A stretch of 64,000 nt of DNA from Mytilus trossulus (lineage: Eukaryota): contig NC_086373.1 in the NCBI RefSeq assembly GCF_036588685.1, positions 868,001 to 932,000 of the forward strand. Direction: 5' to 3'. The position numbers and the translations under genes were made by a program. The notes under the pieces were generated by a model. That model searched no databases. It had not been told where the DNA came from and saw nothing but the letters and a program-made list of their open reading frames with translations. This document shows positions 25,801 to 40,800 of the stretch, one piece after another; position 1 is the first letter of the stretch; the number at the start of each line of letters is the position of its first letter.

Positions 25801-28800
25801 AACATGCAGTTAAACAAATAGTGGTTTAATATATCACTTAATTCTCGATTCCCGTTTTTAAAACTACTAAAATAGATCTTATTTATGAGAAATAAGTATT
25901 TCTAACTACTTCAACAACTCTAATGATGAGGTGCAGAACATATGCTTGAAATGCTTGAATTTTCATTTTAAGCACATGTATTGGTACTCATTTTGACAAT
26001 AAATCAAAAAGTCTGATGATAATTTTTCAAAGTAAGTAATCTAAGAAGCCAAACAATGGTTAATGTAATAACATGCTGTTATCCTAATGCACAAAGATTT
26101 TTGATAAGAGAAAAAAAAAGACAAAATACATCATTGTATGTTATTTTCTTCTTCTTTATCTATTACAATGTCCATACACTGCCAACAAGTGACGTCTGCT
26201 TCGGCAACCAATCTACAACAGCATCATGTGATTTGAAATATGTTCACTTTCCAATCAGTCATTGCTGATAATTAAGGTACTTTGGCAGCCTCATCAAATG
26301 TGCTGTTAATGATTGCTTAATAAAACTAAACATATCACTTTTTGTGCAAGAGTTGTCAATTAAAATGTTATTATTTATTTTTGGTGAAAAACAAACAGAT
26401 TGTTAAACGGAAGAAATCTCTTTCAAATCATCGGCAAAAATGAGCTGCGTACATTCATGTTTTTTGCAGGGCATGTTGGAAATAGATTACGGCAAATGAG
26501 TGTGAGAGGATGATGGAGTCATCTAAGTCTATCTAAACAAAGCCAGTGATCTATTTCTATAATGAGGGGCAAATCACAGAGTCCAGTTGTTGGAATGAAC
26601 TATTTATACTCATTAGAAGATATTGTACTTTTAGGATGTTTTCTTTAATTTTATGATTCTTTGGATTAATTACACCATCAAACAAGAAAAGATAACTTAA
26701 AGATGCATATTCACTTGTAACTGGCAATAAATATTAATGAATACATCCTTTCTCCCCATTAAATCAAATGAATATCCTTAAAATTGAAAACTCCAGGGTT
26801 TAGCAGAATTCACATAAGTTTTATTAATTATAAGATATAAAATTGAGAATGGAAATTGGGAATGTGTCGAAGAGACAACAACCCGACCAAAGAAAAAAAC
26901 AACAGCAGAAGGTCACCAACAGGTCTTCAATGTAGCAAGAAATTCTCGCACCCGAAAGGCGTCCTTCAGCTGGCCCCTAAACAAATATATACTAGTTCAG
27001 TGATAATGAACGCTATACTAATTTCCAAATTGTATAGTTTTATTATTTAGTCATTAAAACTATGGCTTGTTTCTGAAATTTATTGCTTTTATTTAATTAA
27101 GTGACTTGTAATCTAGTTTTCCATTAAAATCAAAAACAAAGACTGAAAAGATCTCTGCAGTTTGTTACAACCTAAAGGCAACTAAAATTCAGTGTATTAT
27201 AGTACAACCTTGGACTTCTGACTGTTAACAATAATAGAAGCTATCATCACCTTCTGTTCCTTAGTTTAGCATATAATCTTTAAAAACATTTACAAAGATG
27301 GCAAACAAGTTTACTCTGAGCAGTTCTCAAATTATATTACCTTTGCTTTCCTGTGTTTCATCTTATATTTAATTTTAGCCTATCCAAGAATTATATTGCA
27401 CTTTGAACAAAGTTTTCTTTAAGATCAAATTTTAAAAGCCTGAAAGACTGCAAAGAAATGAAGCTGACTAAAAATTTACCATACACTAGGATGGATGTGA
27501 TTTCAAAAAACCTTCTTCATGTATAAATACAAACTCTAATCTAAAAGGATTATTTCTCTTCCGAGTCCTTTTATCAAAAGTTTATTATCAGGTTCACTCT
27601 CAATAACAGAAATAACTGTATAGTATGTTACTCATTAAAGAAAATGGGGTTAGTTAGCTACATATTGATGTAGGTAGGTGTCTCTAAGAGATGGGGTTAG
27701 TTAGCTACATATTGATGTAGGTAGGTGTCTCTAAGAGATGGGGTTAGTTAGCTACATATTGATGTAGGTAGGTGTCTCTAAGAGATGGGGTTAGTTAGCT
27801 ACATATTGCTGTAGGTAGGTGTCTCTAAGAGATAGTTAGCTACATATTGCTGTAGGTAGGTGTCTCTAAGAGATAGTTAGCTACATATTGCTGTAGGTAG
27901 GTGTCTCTAAGAGAGTTTTATCACACATACCTTTACTGTTTCTATATAAGACAAATGGATCCTGCAGTTGGAACTCAAGGTCTTTTGTGATTGGTTCTAT
28001 CTGATTGTTCAATCCTAATCTATTCAAGATCATAAAACCATGAGTTGGAGATGCTGACCTGAAAAGATAAAAATAAAATATTTTTAATATTTATCTAAAA
28101 GTCAAACATATAATTCCTTAATTAGTAATGGTTATATTCTAAAATTGTTGACCTACTGCAAAAAGGATCTGAGATTCAGAAAACTATTCACAAAAGGTAA
28201 TGGAACGCTGTTCCAGAGTCATATCTATTTAACTGACACAAATCAGGTCGCAAACTAAAACTGAGTGAAAAACATCAACCATTAAAGGGAAACAACAGAA
28301 CAACAGGACTGCTTCAAAAACAGCTACATAAGTGTTGTAATGCCAGTGACCTTTCAGATATAAACTTAGGTCATGTAAACCAATGTCTTATCTTGGAGAA
28401 ATTTCTTTTTAATAGATTTTATTGCAAACTATACTATTGTATGTACAAATCCAGGGGAACAGTGTATTGAAGTTAAAGAGGCAACTGGTATTTCAAAGCA
28501 GATGGCAAAGACATAATTGTTTGTCTTGCGTAAACCTGATGCTGATTATATAAAGATATATTAGTCATATGCAGTTAAAGATATATTGGTCATATGCATT
28601 TAAAGTATTTGAAATTAAGTGCAATATAAATAAAATCCTGGCACATTCTTTCTAGCTTAAAGCACTTACCAACATGTGAAAGAAGGAGATTTTATTTACA
28701 TTTTGATCTTAAAGTACATACAAATCTTATCAACTTCTATAGCAATAAACAATTAAGTATCTATAGGGAAAAGTGTTGACAATTAACAACTTTCTTTTGT

Positions 28801-31800
28801 AAGATTTCTTTAAGTTTTTTTTCCCTCACTTGTTTGGTTAACCAGACTACAGTGTAGTTCTATTAGTCAGTAATAGGAAAGACAGCTGTACACACACATA
28901 CACGAGTCAGGCAAAGTACAACACATAAATCTATCATTGATCCACAGAAAAAAACAATTTCAGACTTTTTTTAATTAACAAGAAATGAGAAAAAAGTTGT
29001 TTAGTTCATTGTGTCACTGAGAGTAGTTCCTTTACAAAAGTGCAGCTTAAATTAATTTGGTGGCCAAAAAACTATTGTCGATGGTACAAAGCAATGTCGT
29101 AAATCTAATCACTGGAGAACTGTTTAATCTGTGTACTTTGATTTTTTTACTCTTGATAATGCCAACATGAAGGCCAAGGTCACCTGTTTCTTGAATGATT
29201 ACTTATAGAACATGCAATTTAAACCAACATTTAACCAAAGGTCAAGGTAACTAAATTCATGTTTGTTAGATAAAAATAGTTTATGAAGAAACCAACAACT
29301 GCAAAGTCATTTATAAAGAATGATGTGTATAGCTACTTTCTACAAATAGTGAATTTTATATAAAGAAGTAGGTAAGGACCGATTTCAGCCTCAAATTTCA
29401 AGTTCATCTGACGAAAGTTTTTGACCACTTTTTAAACACTTAAGTGCCTATTTCATTTGATTCAATTAGTTATTGTGAAAGATTTTGACTGATTATGCAT
29501 TAAAAAACGACCCGATTCAAGCTCAAATATGAAAAATTTACCAAATATGCCGAAAAATTACACTTTTCGGATGGTTTTTGTCAAAAACAAAAGTGGCCGC
29601 ATCCGTGTTCATCCTCAACCTTTATATATGTTATGTATTATCATCAAATACAACTTACATTTCAATACTATGGATGAACACGAATGCGGCCACATTCGTT
29701 TTACACGGAAACCGTCTAAATTTTAACAAAAACTTGTAAGGGTTCCGCGGAACCCAGTGTCTCGCCCAGTAGTTTCAGAGGAGAAGATTTTTGTAAAAGA
29801 TTACGAAGATTTATGAAAAATGGTTGAAAATTGACTATAAAGGGCAATAACTCCTAAAGGGGTCATTTGACCATTTCAGTCATGTTGACTTATTTGTAAA
29901 TCTTATTTTGCTGAACATTATTGCTGTTTACAGTTTATCTCTATCTATAATATTATTCAAGATAATAACCAAAAACAGCAAAATTTCCTTAAAATGACCA
30001 ATTAAGGGGTAGCAACCCAACAACAAGTTGTTCGATTCATCTGAAATTTTCAGGGCAGATAGATCTTGACCTGATAAACAATTTTACCCCATGTCAGAAT
30101 TGCTCTAAATGCTTTGTTTTTTGAGTTATAAGCCAAAAACTGAATTTTACCCCTATGTTCTATTTTTAGCCATGGCGGCCATCTTGGTTGGTTGACCGGG
30201 TCACCGGACACAATTTTTAAACTAGATACCCCAATGATGATTGTGGCCAAGTTTGGTTTAATTTGGCCTGGTAGTTTCAGAGGAGAAGATTTTTGTAAAA
30301 GTTAACGCAGGACGACGACGACGGACGCAAAGTGATGAGAAAAGCTCACTTGGCCCTTTGGGCCAGGTGAGCTAAAAATAACTAAAAGTTGACATTTTAA
30401 CAATTTTGTAAAACTGCTTTATTCTGGGGCCAAAAAGTGGTCTTACTTGTTTGTGTATTTATTTAATCCTATGAGCTGTATATTTGCTTCAGAATAAAAA
30501 AAAAAAAAAAAAAAAAAAAGAAAAAAAAGAATTATTATTACTGAACCTACTCCTTTGTACAAATTCCTTAAAAATAGTTTTTGAAAATGCTGGCTTATAT
30601 ACAAATATGTTCTTTTTTTTCATCTTTAATGTGTGTTTATATTATGTTAGGGGCATAAAGCTGCATAATTTGTTGATTAATATTAAGTAAGGGAAATAAC
30701 TTGTTAGATTTCAATCTATTACTTTATTCTACAATAATAAAATGTAACATAACTCGATAAGGTAAAATCTTATATTTATAAAAATCAAAAGACGGCAGAT
30801 ATCAACAATTCACTCAAGTTTCATGCAAATTGGTTGAAGCGTTTTTGAGTTATTGTGACATGTTGTGACTATACCATACTTTGTCCGGTAAACGAGCGTA
30901 TAAAAACTTATGATTTTGAAAATGATTAAAAATATAATTATATATATTTTGAGATCAAGTGAACATCAAATCTCCCACCCCTTCACCTCAAAACAATAAA
31001 TAAATTCATATATATTTTCTTTAAATTGAACTGTTAATTCTCTCTTCAGATCTTTCAACTATATATATTATTAATATGGATCGAAACCTACAATAAACAG
31101 AAAACCTTTCCACTCTTTAATTATTGTTATAAACAGTCAGTGTCAATATTTATTTTAAAAAATCTTTAGATATAAGATCTGGAGTTTGTTAATGATGTTT
31201 ATAATAAGTTTAAAAAGCAATGAGTTGTATATGTCCCTACAGTTCCATAATTCTTAACCCTTTATCAAATATGAAGAGTATTGAACCATCTGGTCATTTC
31301 AAATTCTATCATCACAATATCTTAAACATAGTGCTAATGCTAATTTCTATATTTAGACTTTGTAAGACGTTTTTTTCATATTCTTAAATTTTATTAATCT
31401 AATAACATATAAAACAGTAAACATGCTAACTGGGATGGTATCTGGCGGGGAAGAGTTTATATATATATATATATATATCTGGCGGTATCTGGCGGGGAAG
31501 AGTTTATATATATATATATAGAGACTGATGATGTTTCTTTTTTTTTTTTACATGGATCAGGTTTTTTTGGTAAATTCATATTTTTTCTAAATTTCATGAA
31601 GAAAGTCTAAACACTGAGGGTGTGGGTTTCAAAGCCTCTCCCAGCTTCTCCAAACCCATTTCAAGCAAATCAGTCTTCAGAGAAGTATGCATCATGTTTG
31701 TGAAAGCTTAAAACAATATCAAACAAGAATGATCTGATGTCTAAGCATTATCAGTGAAAAGCACTAGTAGATGTTCAGATATGGCTTATTTTGAAATGTT

Positions 31801-34800
31801 TTATCACATGTTATATAACTTGTTACTATCCTAAGTAGTTATTAAATTAGTTTTACATCGTTTATAAACATCCTTTGGGGTTCAATAACATATTCTTTGG
31901 CGATCGTTGTGATCATTCACTGCCAAACAAAAAGCTGATGGTAAATGCTCTATAAAATATTTATACTTAATGTTGTGTCTAATGTACATTGATGAATTAT
32001 AGCTGTTACATTATAAACCTCCTAAGGTAACATGCAAAACAGTCAAATTAGCTGCCATGCTTTTTATGAATGACACTTTAACAAAGTCCTAGCTTTGTAT
32101 TGTTCTTGTAAAAGAAACATTTAGAAAAGAATTTAAAGGAGCATAACTTTAAAAACTGAATTAGATTACTTTTAATCAAATCAATAATCTGCTGTTGTAA
32201 CAAATAGCTAAATTTTCTAATATAATAACAAGTATTGTATTGTCAAGTGAATGGCATCTGTGACGTGGTAAACTAAAGAACAGTTCGAAACTTAAAAATC
32301 TCTAAGTTAATGATGGATAGAGAGAAAAACCTAACCTCTAAGCTAATGATGGATGGAGAGAAATAGTTACAAATCATAGATTTGAAAAGTTTTGTAGTCT
32401 AACCTTCAAAGGAGTTCTTAAATTTTTACAATCAATCAATATAAGAAACAAGATGTGGTATGATTAATTGCCAATAAGACAATTCTCCACCAGACCAGTC
32501 TTTTCCACCCCCTGGGCTCGTCATTTTTCTCCCTCTTTTTAAAATTTTATTTCTATGTTTTGAGTTTTGCTCTATAACTGATAAAAATAATGGGAAAATA
32601 TTTTTTATTTCCTTATGCTTTTTTTTAATTAATTACCTCCTACTGAAACAAAAAGCCAATTTTGTAGTAAAACATAACAAGGTGAACATCTGTGTACTAA
32701 TCAATGTTAATCATGCACAATAAACTAAACGAACTTATAATTAACCTCAGCCAACAAAGTATTCTCTTTACAATGCTAAACTCAAACATATTACAATTCA
32801 TCTTTTTATGATTCAGGAATGAAATAAAAGAAAAAAAAATGTGCACACAGACCCAAACCACCCACCCCTCAAACTCTTAACAGATGATCATCAAAACCAG
32901 AACAGCAATTTGACATATTTTTACTAAAATGTAATTTTGTTGTTGGCTTTTTTTTTATATTTCATCTATAACATTTAATGTTGACTTCCCATTCAATTGC
33001 ATGTAACTTTTATTACATAAATATATAAAATATTTTATAAGAGGGTGGTAAAGGGGGATACTGAACACGGAAACACGTGACATAAAAATCGCAAAAACGT
33101 AGCACGAAAAATAAAAATCGAGAAAAACGATGCACGAGAAATAAAATCGTAAATATAAAGAAAAAAAGTACCAGCAGTTATTACTCAGCCGTTCTTGGAG
33201 ATCATGTAGACATTGTTAGTGGACATAAAGACATTATGGTCACCTTAGCGTATGCTACTTACATCTGATTTGAAAAAAAAATGTATTATGATGGACTTTA
33301 TTACATGTATAGCATACATATACAATAGAAAGTAGAATGGTAACAATATACATCAAATTCTATTACATTACACAAGTTTCAAAAGGTACTATAACTCACT
33401 GATTTTGAGTTACTTTTTAATCGAATGCGGAACAATGCAAGAACGAGAAATTAAGAGCACCGACACGCAACACGGAAAATAAATAAGGGGAAATACGAAG
33501 CACGCACATCGAACCAAACACGAGAAAACGAGAAAGTAAAACACCAAAACATGAAAACACGTGAAATAAAAAGGCCGAAAACATTGCATGAAAATAACCC
33601 TTTACCACCCTCTTATAATGGTTTAACTCTTGTATCTTTATATGGTTTTCCCTGGTACATGTATGAACTTGTTTAAAAGTTTTTACCATTAGTTAAAGGA
33701 ACTGTAAGCCAATTCTTCTTTTGTATCTTTATTCCACTTTTGCAGTTTCCATTTTAAGCAGTTTCATATGTTAAATATTGAAGCTTTTTTAAATTTAAAT
33801 AAACTGTTGACACAGAGAGATGACTTGCCTGAATGTCAATTGATATTAAACTGCTAATGTCAAAATTAAAATAGCAATACTTCATTTAAACAAGGCAAAA
33901 ACTTCAAAGTCATTTATACCATAACTGAAGGAAAGGGGAATGAAATGTGTCAATGCTAATAAACTCACTCACTCATCCTCTTCGTGCCTGTCAGCACATA
34001 AGGCCTCAATGCTAATAAAACTGCATACCAAATATCCTTGAATTATCATAAGTGGTTCCTTAGCTATAACTGACCTAATCTCAATCTTTTCAACTTATTG
34101 TGAACACTGATGGGTCAGTGTAAACAGCATACTTAAGTCTGGCTTTGCTGACCATAGAATTATAAGACATTGCTGACCATAGAATTATAAGACATTGCTG
34201 ACCATAGAATTATTAGACATTGCTGACCATAGAATTATAAGACATTGCTGACCATAGAATTATATGACATTGCTGACCATACAATTATAAGACATTGCTG
34301 ACCATAGAATTATAAGACAATGCTGACCATAGAATTATAAGACAATGCTGACCATAGAATTATAAGACAATGCTGACCATAGAATTATAAGACAATGCTG
34401 ACCATAGAATTATAAGACATTGCTGACCATAGAATTATAAGACATTGCTGACCATAGAATTATACGACATTGCTGACCATAGAATTATACGACATTGCTG
34501 ACCATAGAATTATACGACATTGCTGACCATAGAATTATAAGACATTGCTGACCATAGAATTATAAGACATTGCTGACCATAGAATTATAAGACATTGCTG
34601 ACCATAGAATTATAAGACATTGCTGACCATAGAATTATTAGACATTGCTGACCATAGAATTATAAGACATTGCTGACCATAGAATTATACGACATTGCTG
34701 ACCATAGAATTATACGACATTGCTGACCATAGAATTATACGACATTGCTGACCATAGAATTATACGACATTGCTGACCATAGAATTATAAGACATTGCTG

Positions 34801-37800
34801 ACCATAGAATTATAAGACATTGCTGACCATAGAATTATAAGACATTGCTGACCATAGAATTATAATACATTGCTGACCATAGAATTATAAGACATTGCTG
34901 ACCATAGAATTATAAGACATTGCTGACCATAGAATTATAAGACATTGCTGACCATAGAATTATAAGACATTGCTGGCCATAGAATTATAAGACATTGCTG
35001 ACCATAGAATTATACGACATTGCTGACCATAGAATTATAAGATAGTGCTGACCATAGAATTATAAGACATTGCTGACCATAGAATTATAAGACATTGCTG
35101 ACCATAGAATTATAAGACATTGCTGACCATAGAATTATAAGACATTGCTGACCATGGAATTAGTAGGAAACAGTCATATGTAATGATCTTAACATTTCAA
35201 AATGGTCTTCAACAGAATATAAATGTTAAGATGTAGTATTTTAATTACACAAAAAACAAAATATCTAGATGAGCTTCCCTGTTGCTAATGATGTTCATTT
35301 AGAAATGACTCATTCATTTACTGTCTAATTATCAAAGGCATAATACATATTTTATTTATCATAGATTACAAAGTTTCAAGTAATGTTCAACAGGAATGTG
35401 AATTAAATCGTACATTATGTAACACATTATTTAATTATATCACAATTAAAACAATTCATTGCATTACAATTAAAACAATTTATTGCATTACAATTAAAAC
35501 AATTCATTGCATTACAATCAAAACAATTCATTGCACTACAATCAAAACTATTCATTGCATGCTGTACATTTACAGTAAAAGTCTGTCAACTGATTTAAAC
35601 AGGCCAGCAAGACAATGAATTCTGGAGCAAGTGAGGGCAACCATCAGTTTTGGTGTGATTTGTGTTTTTCAATTCTTGTGTAGAGTATGTGAACTGTTTT
35701 TTGTCAGTCTTTTATTTGGCATTAGAGCTGTATGTTTCTGGTCAGTTTTTTATTTGGTCATGGTGTTGTATGTTTTTTGTCAATCTTTACTTTGAACTTT
35801 GTGCTAAATGTTTTTGTTAGTCTTTACTTTGGCCGTAGTGTTGTATGATTTTGCCAGTCTTTACTTTGGCTTTTGTGCTGTATGTTTTTGTCAGTCTTTA
35901 CTTTGGCTGTAGTGCCGAAAGTGATGGTCAGTCTTTTATTTGGCCATAGTGGTGTATGATTTTTTTTGTTAGCATTCTGTATGGCTGTATGTTTTTTTTC
36001 AGTCTTTTATTTGGCCTTAGTACTGTATGATTTTGTCAGTCTTTTATTTGACCTTAGTACTGTATAATTTTGTCAGTCTTTTATTTGGCCATGATGATGT
36101 ATGTATTTGTCAGTGTTTTATTGTGCCCATAAGGGGTTATGTTTTTTGCCAGTCTGTTATTTGGCCATGATGTATGTATGTTTTTGTCAGTGTTTTATTG
36201 TGCCCATGGGGTTTGTTTTTTGTCAGTATGTTATTTGGCCAGTGTTCTATAGGTAGATTGATGATTTACGCCACATCAGCTCAAAAAGGAAGAATATCAG
36301 CTGTTCTCATGACAAACAATCAATACAAAAAAAACATGAATAGCAAAGGATCAGTACTTGTATTGCTGTTCTTCACCTCAAAGTCAATTAAAGGATCTAG
36401 ATGTTACAATTGGCCCCCAAACAAGGATTTCAAATAGAAAGTCAAGATAACAGGGTGAACACAATTGTCTCTTCATTCAAATTAAATTAATGTCATTCTG
36501 TAGTTATAAGAATACAACTTATCTCTTGTAACATGCATTGGCAGAGCTGAGGGGGGTGGGTGTTCCAGGGGTTGGAACCCCCCTTTTTTTTGGCCGATCA
36601 ATGCATTTGAATGGGAGCATATAGTTGGACCCCCCCCTCCCCCCCTCCCCTTTATTCTTTTAGAATGGCTGGATCCGCCCCTAAAATGTCTACAGTGGGA
36701 AAAAAGTCTGGTCTTTAAAATAATATAAAATGGGCAATGTTTTCAACTTTTACTAGAAATTTAATAAGTTAGGAAAAACTATCAAGGATAGCAGACCTAC
36801 AACTACTAAAGTGTATGTCAGCATGTGGCCTCATTAAAAACCTATAGACGACAATACTATGTGTACTATAATTGAATAAAACCTTTCATTCATCAGTTAT
36901 AACAGTGAAATGGAATGCCTTATCCTAGAACGAAGGACAAGTCACAATTACATGTCTAAACTTATCAAATATTCATGTACACAGAAGGATGTAATGATTT
37001 TTGAACATAGGTATTTAAATAATCAATTTCACAATATGAAACTTGGCGTTTAAAATATTATAAATTAATAATAGAGACAAGGGGATCATTGAATGCAATA
37101 GTATGGATAGTACCTACCTTGAAAAAAAACTTAATCAAATACTCTCTGACTCTTCTACCAATAATCAGATAACTCACTGTAATGTTACTGTTACACACAA
37201 CTCCCGTTATTCCCTTTATATATTTGTAAATAACAGTGTCAATACCGGCTTTCTTCACATATTTACATTAGCTTGTAGCAGCTGTACAGTGAACGAAAAA
37301 TTTCTATTGTGAAAAAAATAAGTTATCATTAAGCAGGAACTATTTTTATACTACTTAATCTGCTGAACATTACTTTTGGAGAGAGAGTGCAGTTTGTGTG
37401 TTCAACTATCACTAGGGAATTAATCAATGTTTTCAGGAATATTAACAATATATTTATTTCAAAAGTGATATGAAATTTGGATTTAAATTCTTTTCCTAAG
37501 TGATAATTGTGTTTGTGATTTAGCAGTTTTCTCAGTTTTTAACACAAAATAAGAGATTTATGTATCAAAGAGGAAGTTATCACTAAATGTTGTTTGGACT
37601 TGTTACAGTTATGTAAGGTAGGTACAGTAAGTTAGGGTTTTATCACAATTCAAGGTCAATACATAGCTATTTTAACAAAAGGGATTTTCCTTACTTACAA
37701 ACATGCCTACCCCCTTAGGTTAACAATATTACTATCATATCTGCTTTCGTTTGATCCATTGTCATGACATTGTTCATATTGGTTCAATTTATAAGAAAAT

Positions 37801-40800
37801 CTACAATATATGCAAAATTCATCAAATAGCATATTTGTGGACCATAGTACAAAGTATTATACCATTAAGTACAAGAGAATAATTTGTTTTCCAATTTATA
37901 ATAAACATATGACCTATGCAAAAATTCACTTATCCAAAATTGCATTTGTCAGAAAAAAACTGTAAATCAAAAGAATATTGGAAAAATGAGAATTTATCCC
38001 CTGATCTTTGTGACCTTATTCTTATTGATCGACTGATGTTTGTTTTTCAAAACTTTTTCAAATTTGAATGTGTAATCAATATATTCCTTACATAACAACT
38101 ACTTGTGCCTTCGATTACCCTTATAATTAGCTACTAGAGTGTATTGTATCTAAAAATACAGGTACATACATGCAGGTTGAAGAGGAGAAAGGGTCTGGAA
38201 TCTTTTCTCTTTAAAAGGTGTAAAAATAGTAAGCAACCTGAACATGCTTGTACAAAATTTAGGATATACTTTACAATGATATATCACATTAAGCTCCATA
38301 TCCACTAGGGGGCTACAAATTAACAGAAAGTCCAAAGACCCTATGTAAAGTCAAAAGTAGATCTACTTAGGACAAACATGATACCTGATCTTAATCAAAC
38401 TTATGCAAAATAAAATACACAAATTCACCACAATGAAAAACAAAGCAATATCTTCCTGTTTTAATAAAATAATATGCAAGGAGTTTATTTTTGTTTTAGT
38501 TTTATTTGGTCCGGTAAAAATTGAATGAGTAACTTACCATGATTGTATATATATATATATATACATATTGAATAAAAAATAAAAATTGATCATTTATATC
38601 TTATATGACATTGTCGTGTGCCATGCATTTATTAACCAATGTTTAACTTTTAACAGAGCATTTGCTCTATACATTAATACATTCAGTTGAATAAGACAAA
38701 ACATGGTTCTCACTAATTAAAGGACTCTGAGGACTTAGGCAGGGGTATTCCTCATTTTACACTCATCACTGATCGATGAACTGACATTAAAATAAAATAA
38801 GGGAATAACTTTTTGCAATGCTACTGTAGGGTATACAATTTTTTTTTTTTTATCAATTTGCCGTCTAGATAAACATTGTCAAAACAATTTCCCTTTTTGT
38901 AAATTTAATTTGAAAGGAATATAGGAATTGGGAACAAAACACACTGTAAGTCATGAAATTGATCTCTGTTTGAATACCTCTAACAGTATAACATGAGACC
39001 AACCTTTAGCTGTGTATCTACAATATGATGATTTACAATGATTCTGGAAAATGGATTTATTACAATGAATTTTTGCAAGGGTTGTAAATATATGGTCAGC
39101 AGAAATAAGTTATGTTAACTAGAACCACTTATTATACAACTAGACACTAATAAATCTTTACAGGGATCAAACCTTTAGTGATTATAGAGGCCATGTTTCT
39201 TACTAGTTGACATCATCTGATGTACCACAATTTATCAAGGGGATTTTAACTGTATCGTTTCCAGACTTTGATAGCAACTGGCACTTTTACAGTCTTCTTC
39301 ATGATATTTGAATAGATTTTTTATAATTATATCTATATGATCTATAACAATTTATAGTTATATGAAGCAATGCTTGATGGGTTGTGGACACAAAAGCCAA
39401 GTATGGCTCAAAGTCTGAAATAAGTTACAAATGGACAATAGCTCACAGGTCATTTTGAGTGTCGAGAATATTGATTAAAACATGATAAAATTTGATTCTA
39501 TCCTAGAATACAACTAAAGATTTGTACTCTATAAGTGGAAAAAAGAAGCAGGCAATGCAAATTTAATCGACCTATAATAAAAAGCCATCACTCTCAGGCA
39601 GGGGTATATTCATACACAATCTCATCTCTGGCAGGGGGTATATTCATACACAATCTCATCTCTGGCAGGGGGTATATTCATACACAATCTCATCTCTGGC
39701 AGGGGGTATATTCATACACAATCTCATCTCTGGCAGGGGGTATATTCATACACAATCTCATCTCTGGCAGGGGGTATATTCATACACAATCTCATCTCTG
39801 GCAGGGGGTATATTCATACACAATGACAACTCTGACAGGGGGTTAATTCATACACAATCTCATCTCTGGCAGGGGGTATATTCATACACAATCTCATCTC
39901 TGGCAGGGGGTATATTCATACACTAAAAGATGAAGGCTGAAATATAACGTGGTGAACGTTGATAATTTTTCAGATTTTTTTTCTTCCTCATCAGTTACCT
40001 CGTAATCATAAATTGATACCATTATCAATTAACTAATAAATACCCCATCATTATCAATTACGTGCAATAATGCCAATATATATAGTAAAGCATTCTGTAA
40101 AATACAGTGAAAACAATTTTAGTTAAAAATACTGCCTTTAAAGATTTGAAGAAAAAGAACAAATTGTATCTATTTTTTTAAGCTTGAAAATGTGTTCTGT
40201 AATCACAAGGCATCTTCTTACCTATCTACCTACACATGTACCAAGTCTTATCAAACCAACATTGAGCAATTTTCAAATCTTACAAAATCAATTTGGCACC
40301 AGATGATGTTTAGAAAGGAACACAATGACTAAGTAGAATCAACACAAACTAAACATTCAACTGAATTTGTTGCCATAGCATTTTATAATAATTTGATATC
40401 ATTTGATTTTTTTCTATATATATGATTTATTTCAATGAGATAATCACCATATTTTATATATGTATGCTTGGTATACATGTGTTTTACATATCACCAACAG
40501 GAATACATCAAAATACACATTTCAAATTACTATCAAACTATCTAATCAGAAGAAAATTCAGATAATAATTCATATTTTCTTCTGCAAAGTAGAATTTTAA
40601 CTTTTCCCCTGCCATTCTTAACGAATTAAACAAGTTTAATTTCCATAGATTCCCAAACTTTTTCAACAAGTATTTTAAAGGAAAATTACTAAAATTTTGG
40701 CACAGATCTAATGAAATGAAAGTTCTGTGGCAACTTTAAGCATTCATAGTTTATAGGTAAAAGTAAAACAATAATTAACTGTGTAAGAATCTGTAGGAAA

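Noticed and set aside
13721-29726. Near-identical 65-aa ORFs at 13721-13918 and 29529-29726
   Set aside because: The similarity comes from two copies of one MITE; no transposase motifs
11926-30250. Similar ORFs containing PPWLKIE (11926, 18139, 30050)
   Set aside because: Chance ORFs within copies of HINE-like family A
39535-39846. 103-aa ORF with repeats
   Set aside because: Translation of the 34-bp minisatellite cycling through frames
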